Shown here piece after piece: positions 14,250-27,370 of a stretch of DNA of 64,000 nt; position 1 is the stretch's first letter; every line of letters begins with the position of its first letter. Under the pieces are notes generated by a model, which saw nothing but the letters and a program-made list of their open reading frames with translations, was not told where the DNA came from and searched no databases. Source of the stretch: Vicugna vicugna (lineage: Eukaryota); NCBI GenBank assembly GCA_013265495.1, contig MU058000.1, positions 806,001-870,000 of the forward strand. Reading direction: 5' to 3'. A program made the position numbers and the translations under genes.

Positions 14250-15360
14250 CTCTCTTCATCTCAGCGAGAGGCGGGTGTCCGGCAAATTGCTTGGCAACGC
14301 GCAGAGGAAACTCCATCCAAAGCCCGGGTCTGCCGGGTCCAGGCCGTCTCTGGGCGCTGTCCAGCGGGCAGCGCGCCTGAGAGCAGGCTGGGGTCCTGTC
14401 TCCGGACACCCCGACGGCGGGGCCGAACGCCAGAGCCGGGATTTCAGGCGTGGGGGGTGGGCGAGAAAAGCACCATCCGCAGAGACACCTGTTGTCGCCT
14501 CACCATTCGGGCCAGTGAAGGCGTCGCGGGAACCCAGATCTCGGGGAAGACACCCACTGGCAGTGTCTGCGTGTGGGTGCGGGGGTCTCAGGTGTCCTGT
14601 CCTCCCCGACTCCACCTCCGCCCGCCTCAGGCGGACTCACCGCACTCCCTCTCACCCCTGGACGCCGGCGGCTGGTTGAAACCCGCCTCCCGGGGGTCCC
14701 ACCGAGGCAGGCGCGGGGGCGCTAGGGGCTCGGGCAGCACCCGCGGCGCTAGGACCTCGCGGCCAGCCCGCCCCCCGCCCGCTCCACCTGCGGGGCCCCT
14801 CTCCTCGGGCTTGCTCGCTCTCCCGCTGCGGGGCGCGGGCACGGTTACCTGCGACGCCGCCCGCAGGGTCCCGAGTGTCGGCCGGAAGGTCGCCGCGGCA
14901 GAGCCCGCTGGGCTGGCCCGGAGCTCCCCGTCCGCCCCGCTGCTATAGCCGCGCTCCCTCCTGGCAGCCCCGCCGCCGGCTCCGACTCGGAGCTCGCTCT
15001 GCGCCCGCCGGCTCCGGGCGCCGCTCCCGCCGCCCCTGATTGGCTGCAGCGAGCGCCCGAGACGCGCCCTGATTGGGCATCCGGAGCCTGGGCGTGGGGC
15101 GGGCCCGGCGCCGCCCCGACCTGCTCTCCGCGACCCCAGCACCGCAGCCTCGCGTCCTCACTGCACCCCGAGGCTCCCATCCAGTCGCTGAAACCGGGAT
15201 CCTGCCCCTCCGCGCGAGTGGAATCCAGGCACCGGGAGGAACGGAAAGCATCGCTGCGAGTAGCACGGGGGTGGTGGGGAGTGGGGATCGCCTTGGAGTC
15301 TTTCCCACACCCCGTGCCAAGGCTGGACGTTGGGGATCATTGCTTCTCCCGTCTCACTCC
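14250..15360 (-). promoter_or_regulatory. STON2: CpG-island promoter oriented leftward, probably STON2
   Basis: Very GC- and CpG-rich; two minus-strand CCAAT boxes (15039-15043, 15072-15076), GC box 15096-15103, downstream splice donor. Gene identity rests only on recalled synteny (STON2 follows SEL1L on the same strand). Confidence 0.75.
14849..15010 (-). other. STON2: Non-coding first exon (5'UTR), probably STON2; TSS position approximate
   Basis: Donor CAG|gtaacc at 14849/14848; no ATG in the exon; just downstream of the CCAAT pair. Confidence 0.65.
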
Positions 15361-15629
15361 TAATGGAGTTTTGACTTCATGTTCATTTAATACTTTTACT
15401 ATAAAAAGGGCGTAGGACACAGGGCAGTGGCTTGTAAATAGTGAGCGCCAAATTGTGTTGCGGACGCAGATCGTACTTGACACAACCTCTGTGTGGTCCA
15501 ACCAGAGCTTGCAATGGGTAAGCGACTTGTCCAAGGTCCTAATCACGTTGTCAACTTATTAAGAAAGAGAAAGACGGTGAGATCTTCCATTACAAGGAAC
15601 TTAATACCTAGCTAGGGAGATGAGGCTGA

Positions 15630-15640
15630 ACAATAATAAT

Positions 15641-15675
<35 letters not shown>

Positions 15676-15676
15676 C
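15630..15676 (+). repeat. (AAT/AAC)n microsatellite
   Basis: aacaataataat followed by about 12 AAC units. Confidence 0.95.
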
Positions 15677-17239
15677 TCTAACGTTTCCATGGTGCATATT
15701 ATTTACCAGCCGCTTTCCCAAGTACTTTACACATATTTAGAAACACTGGAAACAGCTGTCATAAGGATGTACTCATGTCCCGTGTGGACAAGTGATATCA
15801 GCTCTGAGTATTGGGAGGATTTCATTTGGAAGATATACTCAGTCACTCCACACTGAGAAGGAGAGGCACAAGTTAGAATGGAGAGGGACTATCGGGAATT
15901 AAAATTGTTCCCATCTTCTATTTCTTCTCCCATAGTCTTTGTTCCTCGCAACATATTCTCCCATCTGCAATGAACCTTTCTAGAGAATAAAAATGATCAC
16001 TGTAAATCAGGGTGTCCCCAGAACTTTTTTTCTACCACTCATGAAAGGACCCTCCCCAAAACACCCAGATAGACAATGAGTAGAAATAAACAGTACAGTT
16101 TATATTTTAGGACCTTTGACTTTGGTTTCAGTAATGTCTTCCTGAAAGCAAATATATAACCATTTTCCTACAGGTTTTTCCCTCTAGTTCTATTCTCCTA
16201 TGTTGACAGAACTTTTGAGTGAGAAATTTAGTTGGGAAGGGAAATAAAGACTCTAGTGAAAACCAACTTGACCACTGTAAACAGCCTGATTTTTGCCCTA
16301 AAGTGAGTTTAAAGTCATTTACTTTGAGGAGCCCCAGACCCTGGGAGAAAATTAGCTCAGTTTTCCGCAGTTTTTATCAGTGGACAATCAATTCACTTTA
16401 TATAGGAAAGATATACTGGGCATAGATGGGGCCTCACCTGGTAAAAACATGAGGGCACAACAGACTGTATGAGGAAGTTTCTTTCACCAGCATCTGTCTC
16501 CAAGCATCACAGTCCCATCATACCAGTTGCTCACTTTCCATGGCTGCGGCTTTTGCCCAAGCAGAAGTTCCATTTGGATTGGTCATACTCTCATCCCAAA
16601 GAAGGACAGCTACTTCAGCCAGAAAACCAGGCTGACCCCCAAAGATTACTTAAACTGATCAAACCCGGTCACATCACACTAAGCTCAGCCCTCTGAAAGG
16701 ATAAATGAGAGAAGAATCTGGATCCCACCGTATTCACTCTGGAATCTTCCTATGGGCAGGAACTGTTTCTGTTGTATGCCCATCTATGCCTTGTCTCATC
16801 TAGCAAAATGCTTTACTTAGTTCTATTTCCTGTGTTGCGTTTCTTCTCTGGCAACTTCTACTTAGCACTTAAGACTCAACTAAAATATCCCTTCCTCCCA
16901 GAGGCTTTCACTAACTCTCCCAGGCAAAGGTAGTGAACCCCCGACCTGTGTTACATTCTCATTTCAGCATTCTAGTTTACATGGCCATCCATCCAGTGGG
17001 AAGTGGTAGATATTCAACAAAAATGAACTGATTGACTAAAATCCCTGACTGGTTAATTGGGTGGCATTAAGGAGACTGGGGCCACACCCTTATTCTGGTC
17101 AACAGGCAATTCTCCGGTTTCAAACTGGATGGACATGTGGTATGGGTCAAAGTGATCATTCATCCAACCCAACAATGAATAGGGAGTTCCTGTTTTTCAA
17201 GCACTATCAGGTAAAGAAAAGAATAATCTCTCTTAATGT

Positions 17240-17815
17240 TTGCAAGATAAAATGGTGCAGCTGATTAGAAAACAGTTTGGCAGTTTCTCAAAAAGTTAAA
17301 CACTGATTATCATATGACCATATGGTCCACTCCTAGGTATTTACTCAAGAGAATTTAAAACATATGTGCACAAAAGAAGTGTACACAAATGTTCACAGCA
17401 GCCTAATTAGTTGAAAGATGCAAACACCCCAAATGTCTGTCAACTGTTGAATGGACAAATAAAATGTAGTATATCCTTATGATGGAATATTATACAGCTA
17501 TAAAAAGGAATGAATACTGATACATGCTACAATATGGGTGAACCTTGGAAACATTATGCAAGGATAAAGAGGCCAGACATTACATAAAAGGCCACATGTT
17601 GTATGATTCCACTCAGATGAGATTTCCAGCATAGGGAAATTTACAGAGACACAAAGCAGATTAGTGGTTGCCAACAGAGTGGGGGAAAGAGAAATGGAGA
17701 GTGATTGCTTAATGGATCTGGGGTTTCCTTTTGTGGTGATGAAAATGTTCTGGAATCAGATACTGGTTATGGTTGCACAACTTTATGAAGATACTAAAAA
17801 CCACTGAATTGTTTG
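17240..17815 (+). mobile_element. Old L1 (L1M-type) 3' fragment
   Basis: aaaacagtttggcagtttctcaaaaagttaaac, atggaatattatacagctataaaaaggaatga. Confidence 0.85.
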
Positions 17816-18019
17816 AGGGGGAAATAAAGTCCACAGCATGCATTCTGAGAATGTAGAAACTGTCAATGAAGGAAATGTCAGTTAAATCCCAAAATGCAGT
17901 AGCTAAAACTATAAAAGTGTGGAGAAACAGAAAAGCCTGTAAAAAACAGTTAGCAGTCAGCTTAGCTTCCCCTAACGCTCCAGCTTTCAACAACCCAGAG
18001 GGGATTTACTCCTTTGATC

Positions 18020-18200
18020 TGCTTTGTCCAATTGAACATTCTATGATAATGAACATGTGCTATATCTGAGCTATTTATTATGGAAGCCACAAGGCACATG
18101 TGGCTATTGGATACTTTAAATGTGGTTAGTGCAACTGAGGAATTGAATTTTAAATTGTATTTAAATAGCTACATGAAGCTAGTGGCTACTTTACTGGCAG
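18020..18200. mobile_element. MER3-like hAT-Charlie element
   Basis: tgtccaattgaacattctatgataatg...cacatgtggctattg...gcaactgaggaattgaattttaaatt. Confidence 0.65.
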
Positions 18201-19737
18201 GGGAGCTTTTGCTGGTTTGGAGAACTAGAGCCATCTTCAATGGTAGTTTGGAACACTACTGGAGGGCATGGGAGTGGGAGAGACTCGGTCTTTATGACCC
18301 ACAGTGGATATACACACAGCCCAGCTCAACCCTGCGTCCACTAGAAATCCTTCAATAAGATCTCACTGCTACCACCCTTCTCTTCTCTATGAGCTTATAA
18401 TGAACTTCAGTCTATAATACAGTGTTTAGTTTTGTCTTTATAAAGGTGCTTCCATTCCACAAATATTTATGGACCAAGAACTATGTGGAATTCTGGGAAG
18501 AGAAAGGATTGTGCACAATGTCAGTCAAATTCCAAAGGGTTGATCTTGACAAGGCTGAGAAGAACAAGGGACATAAGGACTCCCTTCCAAGGATCTGGTT
18601 GCTTCTCTCCTTTCCTCTAGCATCTCCCATTTACATGCTTCCAAGGGGGAATCTTACTATTAGGATGCTGAAGTGATATTGAAGCATCTTTATTTAGATT
18701 TCCTGTTTCCCACTCAAGCCTTTTAATATCCTTAACTCCTTTAAGACACCTTCTAATTCATGTTGCTCTTTCCCTTTTGTGAATATTCATTGAACTTGAA
18801 ATCAGTAGACCATAATGACTTTCTAAGTATTCTTCTGTAATGTAGTGTCTCCACAGCAAGATTCATTTGTTACACAAATGTTTATTGAACTTCTCCTTAT
18901 TTTTGTGCCAGAAAAGTCCTAGGGGCCAAGGATAAAAAGACAGGGTCACTGGATAGCTTAGAGCTCAGTGAAAAGGCACACAATGAAATTGTTCTACAGC
19001 ATTTGGTTTAGATATATGAAAAGGTTCACTGAAAACAGAGGGCAAGGAGCAAATGACTGAATGTGGAGAAATCGGGGAAGGCTTCTCAGAGGAGGTGACA
19101 TTCGAGCTGAAGGAACTTGAAAGATGAGGAAGAGGTTTTAAAACATTTTTTAAAATGTAAGATGTTATTTTATTTTTTCTTTATTTTTATATTGTGGTAT
19201 AATTGAAATACAACATTATATATTAGTGCACAACATAATGATCCTACGTTTGTATCTATTATGAAATGATAATCATATTTTTAGGTTAAGATGCTTTTTT
19301 TTAATTTAAAACTTAAAAAAAATTTAATTCATTTATACTATCCACCTTTCAAAATTAGATTTGAAGCATTATTTCAGGAGAAGCTTTGGGGACCAATGTT
19401 TGAAAGAATGCCTTAACATCAAACTCTGGCTCAACATCTGTGACAAGGGTTTGCATTGCTAGCAAGGGTATTAACTGGACAGTCACTCTTGCTGCCCTCC
19501 AGGCTTATTTCCGAGAGCAAGACAAAATAAATATAAGGTTCTCTGACCTCAAGGAGTTTTAAATGTCTCCCCTGTACTATTCCAATATCCTTCCTTCTGG
19601 TCTCTTCAGTTTAATCTTATTTTCTTCTATTCCAGTGTACTCCAAATTTCAGCCGTCTGTGCCCCACTGTTTGTCACCATTCTTGCCAATGATACATGAT
19701 TCTCCAAGTATCATCTGCACTCTTACATACTTAACTG

Positions 19738-19913
19738 TTTATTTTTTTAATATTTTTAATGTTTCATTTTATTTATTTATTTTTGTTTTGTTTTGTGGGG
19801 GAGATAATTAGGTTTATTTATTTACCTATTTTATTTTAGTGGAGGTACTGGGAATTGAACCCAGGACCTCATGCATGCTAAACATGCTCTATACCACTGA
19901 GCTATATCCTCCC
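19738..19913 (-). mobile_element. tRNA-Ala-derived camelid SINE (vic-1 type)
   Basis: Same tRNA head, then AAATAAACCTAATTATCTCCCC and A-rich tail. Confidence 0.88.
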
Positions 19914-21989
19914 AGCTGTTCCTTTAAGTTCTAAAATCTCATTTTGCTCGACTTTATTGAAAGGGAATTTTTATATCATTATTATCAATGAAAAAACAGT
20001 ATCACTTGCCATAAATAGAATGTTAATGACAAAAACCATTCAATGAAAATAAAACTATGTTATCTAATCTTAGCTGGAAATTGTTGGCTGCTACAAGTTC
20101 TGAGCTTGAGGCCCTGCTCTTTCTTTGCTAAAAAGGAAGAGTATTAAGACTTAGAGGGCTGTTAAAGACACACTGGCATCACACTGATCATTTCTCCTTG
20201 GCTAAATCAGACTGAAAGAGAATTGAAAAAAAGAATAACTCTCTCACTATGTGAGCCAATGGAATTCAATACCCCTTTTGCATGCCACTTAAAACCAGCG
20301 CCTGCATCAGGTAAAGTCAGTTCATCCTGGGTACCACATGTTCATATACACTGCTCTGGTCCATCCCTCTCACAGCTGTCAGAATGACTTAACATGTGGA
20401 TGTTATCATTTCTCTCTCCTACCCAAAATGCCTCAATGGCTCTTCATTACCAGGTCTCCTCTTGAACTCTAGGTTCTAATCACTGCATTCTTAAATGTGA
20501 TCTCTTTCAGGGTCAATCACACCCCCACCTCCCACATGCCACCACCTGAGGCGAGGACAGGATGGACAAGAAGAGCAATCCATTCTCACAAGGAAAGTCC
20601 ATCCCTCATCCATACAGCTTAAGACTGATCAGGGAGAGCACAATGTCACCACATTGATTAGAGGCAAGAGGGGACATCAACAAGAAAAACCTGTTGGCAT
20701 TGTGGAGCAATGGGCTGGAACATCAAGGGAGGAAATAGGTGTGACCACCCCGGAGGACCAGTGGGGAAGCCATGAAGAGGAGGGGGTAATTGCCCTGGGT
20801 GCCAGCACAGAGAAAAGAATGCCTCAGGTAGACCAGAGGCAGCACCATCGTTGGGATATTGCCAGTCAAGACCAATGCATGGGCCCTTGCATGCAGCTCA
20901 AGACAAAATTCGGCAGTGAACTGTCAGTATCCCAGAGCCCTGAACTTCTCCTGCGTATGATTTGAGTGAGTCATCCCAAATCAGGGTACCTGCACCATTC
21001 TGGCAGCCCATCTTGTGAGATCCTGGAAGAGAAACAGTGTCCAGGCCTGCAAGACAATCCATGCTCCAGGCCAGCCCCCCGGGATGGAGGAGCCAGCTAC
21101 AGGGCATCAAAGATCCCAGAGGCATGAATCGAGGAGATCCTGGGACTCTGATAAATTCCATGTGCAGATAGAAGGTCCAAGAGTGCTCTGAAGGGGAGAA
21201 ATGGGACCAGGTGGGGAGCAGCACACTGGGGGCCCAACCTAGGCAGGCTCAGGGTGCCCCACCCACACAGCACTTTCAGCCCCACCAGTCTCAGGCATAA
21301 AAAATGGTAGCTGTGAGGGAAGATTTCCAAAACGTAAGACCCTGAGGCCCAGAGTCTGGGCTGGCACCCCATTTGCCTAGTCTATGGACCATACTGCAGT
21401 AAGACACCCTCTTCCACCTTTGAGGCTGGAAAAGTCATATATGGACTAGTTCCTCCAGCCTCTCTTGCAGCTCAGATGCCCATGTGACTTAGTTCTAGCC
21501 AATGAGAGATGAGAGGAGTTTACCAGATGGGGAGAAGGGGTGTCTGAGGAAGAGTTTCCTCTCTAATATAAATGAAAGCCTCTTTCCCAGTCCAGTCTAC
21601 TTTCTTCCTTTTGTGAATATGCTCTTCTGAAGATGGGATACCTACAGCTGTGGCAACCACCTTGCATTCACAAGGTAGCAAGCCCGAGAGAAAGCTGACA
21701 AGCCAAGGACGGGAGAACAGAAGGAAGGAGCCAGGGTCCTTAAGCTGCCAGGGAGCATCATACTTTGGCACTTCCCAGACCTGGTTGGAAGATGTGTTAT
21801 TCCACCTTGATCAGGTGGCTGAGATTCAAATGAGATTATACACCTATGTTGTACATGATCCACACAGTTGTACAGAAATATTGCTTATTTTTATCAGTTT
21901 CATTTGACAGGAAAGCTAAAAAGCGGGAAAGTTAAATGATGCCCCCAAGATAAAGAGGCACCATGGGACTGTTGTTGAGAGGGAGAGCA

Positions 21990-22575
21990 GATTTCTGACG
22001 GCTGGGGATTGACACCCAGCTCTGCCACCTCCTGAGCGTGACCCTGGGCCAGTTCCTGAGCCCCAAGTCCATATTTATAAAATGAGGATAATAACACACC
22101 CACATCAGAGGGTTTGGGGAGCATTAAATGAGGAGGCGCTGATAAAGAATTTAGCCCTGTGCCTGGCACATAGCACGTACTTGACAAGTACTCAGTATTG
22201 TTACTACTTTACTCCACAGATGTTTGCAGCAGAGCTACAGAGCTCCTGCATCTCAGCCCTGCTCTGCACTAAAAATGAGTTATGAGAAAACATTTTCAAT
22301 GGGAGATTGCCAGTGGCTACAGTGATGTGTTAGAGTATCTGGCAGTTGTGAGGCAATATAGCAAGTGGGCAAGAGGGTAGAGGCTTGGGTCTGAATCCTG
22401 GCTCCATCACTTAATAGTTATAAGACCCTTGGCAAGTTACTTAGCCTCCCTGTGCCTCAATTTCTTCGTCTCTAAAATGGGTTCTTGTAAGGAGTGGACG
22501 CGTTAGTAAAATCAAGTGTTTAGGGTGGTGGCTGGCATACAGTATTAGGAATTATTAGATATTATTATTGTTATT
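21990..22575 (+). mobile_element. Two MIR SINE remnants
   Basis: cccagctctgccac..tgaccctgggc..aaaatgaggataata and gaatcctggctccatcactta..ttggcaagttacttagcctc. Confidence 0.7.
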
Positions 22576-24084
22576 TTGAATTAATTTAAAATTCAAAATA
22601 AAGTTTGTTCTTAAAAATTTCAGGTGGCTTTTATTTCAAGGCGATCAGGGGAAAAAGCAGAGACAGGCTCGATGTCTTTGTGCCTTTGTCTATGCTGTTC
22701 CCTTTGCCTGAAATCCCTTCCTTTTGGCCCATAAAACCGCAACATGCTCCGCTGCCCCAGGGCCAGGGCTCACTCTCTCTTTCTCCAGTCCCTCAAATGG
22801 GACTCATGTCTCCATTTTACTGTGTATTTCCTAGCTTCCTCAATAAGTTTTTTCAGTGGAAAGGTGGAAGAGAGTAAGGGGGGTGATTTTAAACTCTTGT
22901 AGGCTGCAGACACATGCAGAACCGTGGTTCATAGTGGATGTCACGTCTCTCTCTCAGAGGATGAAGAGGTTAGCAGAGGACTCGGGGGGATGGGGCCTCT
23001 CAACACTAGGAGGGCAAACACAAAGAATAACAATCCAGTCTTCAACAAGAAAGAGCCATGTCCTCCGGGGCTGGGGAGAAGCCCTGCGGTGGAGTGGGCT
23101 GCCAGGGTGGGCTGTGGACCCCGACAGCCTGTCTGCATCCCAGCTCTGTCCTTCAGCTGCTGTCTGACCTTTGAACCAAACATCTCTGAGCCTGTTTTCT
23201 CACCTATAAAATGAGGGTAAGACCAGCCCTTAGGGGTAATTTTGATGATGAAATGAGATAATAGTGCAATGCCTGGCCCTTAGAAAATGCTTGATGTTTG
23301 TTAAATGAATAAAGAGGGCTATAAAAAAAAAACCCAGGACCATTGCTGGATGAGGCTGTGCTACCCCTGAAAGCACAGCATCGCTTCATGTTGTCCACTG
23401 CGTGCCATGACCAGGGTGCCATTCCCCACGTCGTCCCGGAGGCCTTCGCCCAGTTTTTCATTCTCTCTGTCTGAGGTTGGTCTGCAGTCAAGAAGCTAAG
23501 GCAGGCGGGGACTTGGCAAACCCCCTTCCCCACACCCTTCTCCTCTCCAGCTGGCACAGAGACGCTCCACATTTGCAGCTTCCATGGCAATTACGAGAAC
23601 CTACACCCTTGTATTGTTTTTCTTTTCCTAACGATGGAGCAATCACACGATTGCAACAGGAAAAACAACTCTGGAATCGGACACCGTCTGGACTGAGCCA
23701 CGGACTTTCTGGTCCCTGGGTCTGGGCCCCTGGAAAGAAAAGATATTCAATGCTGGTGGGATGGAGGATGAGCTGGACAAGAAGTATGGCCAGCACATGC
23801 TCATAGCAGGCTGGCCAACCGAGCAGGTTGCATGTCAGGATGAAAAACAGCCCAGTGCCGACAAACTCAGAGCTCACATTCACTGGTGCTAAGGACCAGC
23901 TTGCCATAAGCATCAAGCTTAATCTTCGCAAAAATCAGAGAGGAGCACATCTGATCTTCATTATATCTGAGAATGAGGCTCAGAGAGGTCAAGGAGGTCT
24001 CCCGGGGCACACAGGAGTAAGGCGCTCTGCTCCTTTTACAAGCCCCCAGAGCTAGGAAATAAACACCCTAGCCCCTGCCTGTAG

Positions 24085-24410
24085 CAACACTTCCAAACCC
24101 TCAAGTGCACACAAATCTCCTGGGATCTTATAGAAATGCAGATTCTGATTCACCAGGTCTGGGACCCAAGACCCTGCATTTCTAGTGAATTTCTCAAGGA
24201 CGCTGCAGATCCAGGGACTTCAGCTGCAGGAGTGAGACTGGTGGTCTCCACCTTGGCTGCACAGTGGAATCACCCGGGAGCCTTCAGAATGCTGATGCCC
24301 GGACCGCATCCTAGGGATTCTGGTTTTGTAGGTCTGGGTTGCAGCCCCCTCAGAGAAATTCTCAACCTCCCCATGAATGGCTGTGTCACCAGGGTGGAGA
24401 CCGCCGCTCT
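24085..24410. mobile_element. Two adjacent MER5A-like hAT fragments
   Basis: aatctcctgggatctt..aaatgcagattctgattc and ttggctgcacagtggaatcacccgggagc. Confidence 0.6.
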
Positions 24411-25708
24411 GGAGGGAAGTAATAGCTGCAGGCTCCCAAGGACACCAGGCCACCCTGAGCTCCTGTCTCCCAATCACAGAGGCGTCTAGGGCTGGCCTTT
24501 GAGGTTGACCTTGAAGAGGCCTCTCACACTAAACTCCCAGCCTAGGAAGAGGACAGAGCCGCCACCTGTTTCCTTGAAATAGTTCGCAGCTGTGCCGGGT
24601 GACCTCATGGTGCTGGCTCTGCCACGGGCCAGGCTGCAATCTGGAAAGCCCTTTTCCCAAGTCACTGACTGTAGTCGGCTTCAGGCTCCCCTATGCGCCA
24701 GGGCAGTGGAGGGAGAAGAGCCATGGGGCCAGAGGAGCTGCAGGGCCAGGGCAGAGTTGGGCGGGGGCCCCTGGGGAGGGTCTGACCCCTGGGGGGTGGG
24801 AGGACCCTGCCCCCAGGGCCCTGTAGCCCTGGCTCTGAGCACAGCTGACAGCCTCAGTCAGCCTCCCTCCCAGACACTTGGGAGCTGATGAAATCACAGG
24901 TCCTCCTCCTCCCTTTAAGTGATGTGTAAACAAACAAATAGTGAAGTATGTGAGTAAAAATGGAAAATCCATCTTCTCTTCTGCTCACAGGCAGCAGTCC
25001 TGGGTCTTGTCCTTTCAAATCTTCTTCTGTGCATAACTATGTGTCTTTGTACACACGTACACACATACGTCATACTATTTTATAAACAAAAATTATCATG
25101 TAATGTTATTCTAAGCACTTTCATGGATATCTTTTCCATAGTTACATTTACATATAAATTATTTTAGTGTATCTCAAACATCTGGAAATGGAGCCTCTTA
25201 GGGCATTTTTTAAAATTTTTATTTTATTGAGCTATAGGCTCTTAGGGCACTTTTTAAACACAGAGATTGACAGGTCTCATCCAAGACTTGCTAAATCAGA
25301 ATAAGTGTCTCAGGTGGCTCACTTTTTTTATTAAAATTTTTTAAATTGAGATATATTTCACATGTAACATTTTATTAGTTTTAGGTGTATGATGTCTCCA
25401 GTGGTTCTTATGGAAAATGTCTTGCCTTTTAATACTTGTACATGTCTCATATAAGGATGTATCATCATTTATTAGCCAGACCCCAGTTATTGAACATTCA
25501 GGGTTTTTTCAGCTCTTTCCTTCATGCTACAAACAATACTACAAACATCACACATTGCCCAGGTACCTATGTGTGTGTTTCCGTAGGGTGGTTTGTGGAA
25601 GAGTTAAGTCCCAGGCTTAACTGGAACTTCTTTTCCCCCTAAGCAGGTTCATATTTGAATCATGGAACCTGAAAGCAGGACAGAAATTGAAAACTTACAT
25701 AGTCAAGA

Positions 25709-25992
25709 CCAGTAATGCCCAATGGAAATACAATGTGAGTCACATACACCATTTAAAGTTTTCAGTAGCCAACTGTTTTTTAATAATATATTTTATTTAA
25801 CCTGATTATCAAAAATATTATCATCTCAACATATGTTCAAAAATTATTAATGAGATATTTTACATCTATTTATCATATTAAGTCTTTGAAAATTGGTATA
25901 AATTTGATACTTTACAGTGCACCTCACCTCAGACTGGTTGTATTTCAAATGTTTGGTAGTCACATGGGGCAAATGGTTTTGTATTGGACAGT
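25709..25992. mobile_element. MER33-like hAT-Charlie element
   Basis: ccaatggaaatacaatgtgagtcaca...tttggtagtcacatggggcaaatgg..tattggacagtgcag. Confidence 0.65.
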
Positions 25993-26736
25993 GCAGATCT
26001 ATAAGTTTTTCTTTTCTTTTCTTTTGAACGTCTCTTTTACTTGGGAGATATTTATGGGGGACAAGGAGCAAGCAACTGTGGTTGCTTGTCCCTGGAGAAG
26101 CACTTGATATCCATTATTGTTAACTGCTCACAAAGAAGCTTGGTGGAGAGAGGGGTGAGATTTCTGCAGAGGATTACACTGAATGATACTTTGGGTTAAA
26201 GACATTTTCTCTTCAGAACAACTCTTCGAGGAGGGCAAGGTGTGGGTTATTGTGGTACGTGTTATTTCAGTCTGAGGTTGGTCGCTTGCCAAGCCCACAC
26301 AGCCAGCACACACACAGGCCGAACTGGAATCATGTCTTCCTCTTTATCCCACAGATGTGTCCAAGACAGTCATTCAAAGTCCGCCCTTACATTAGTGGGT
26401 CAGGGAGAGCTGGCAACAAATTAAGCGAATTAATAGAAGTCACTTGGTCAATCTACTCTAAGTGGTTTGCTATTTTGTAGATGCTGATTAAAAACCTGTG
26501 AGCTGGTGGCCCCTTAGTGGAAGTTGGGGTAACTGCAAACTCCTGGTAAATGCATTCGTGGGCCTTCCTAGTTCTTCCACTGAATTTGTATACAAACGTT
26601 TGACAATTACACGGAGGTCCTTGAAATTTAAAAAATAAAAAGGGGGGGGCTCTTCATACTGAGAAAAATTGGGGATCATTGCAGTAGATTCTTCCATCTC
26701 AGACTGTCAGAGGAACACAGGTTCTGCTTCAGATAT

Positions 26737-27370
26737 CTTTTTTTAAATTGATATATAGTTGACATACAACATTATCTGAGTTTCAGCTGTACAAAGTAAT
26801 GATTCAATATTTGTGTACACTGCAAAACGATCACCACAATGGCTCTTTAACATCTATCAGCATACACAGTTACATTTTTTTCTTATGATGAAAAATTTTA
26901 AGTTTTACCCTCTTGAAGCAACTTTCAAATATGCAATACAGTACTGTTAACTATAGTCAGCATGCTGTATATTACACCCCTACGACTTGTTTATTTTATT
27001 ACTGGACTTTGTACCTTTTGACTCCCTTCACCCATTTCACCCACCCACACTACCCCCACCTCAGGCAACCGCCGGTCTGTATCTATGAGCTTGTTTTTTG
27101 GTTTGGGGTTTTTTTTGTTTTGTTTTGTTTTTAGATTCCACATATAAGGGATAGCATAAGGAATTTGCTTTCTCTGACTTACATTCACTAGCATAATGCC
27201 CTCAAAATGTATCCAATGTTGTTGCAAATGTCAAGGTTTTATTCTTTTATATGGCTGAATAATATTCCATCGTGTATATATGCCATAATTTTTTGTCCAT
27301 TTATCCATTGATGGACATAAAGGGTGTCTCCACATCTTGGCTCTTGTAAATAATTCTGCAATAAACACGG
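26737..27370 (-). mobile_element. L1 3' end
   Basis: Poly-T start; tagattccacatataag, atggctgaataatattccat, tttatccattgatggaca. Confidence 0.88.

Noticed and set aside
14182..15415. Cluster of long overlapping ORFs (up to 171 aa) on both strands
   Set aside because: Expected from stop-codon scarcity in a CpG island; low-complexity Arg/Gly/Pro/Ala peptides with no recognisable domain
15620..15856. Poly-Asn ORF
   Set aside because: Translation of an (AAC)n microsatellite running into a MIR-like remnant
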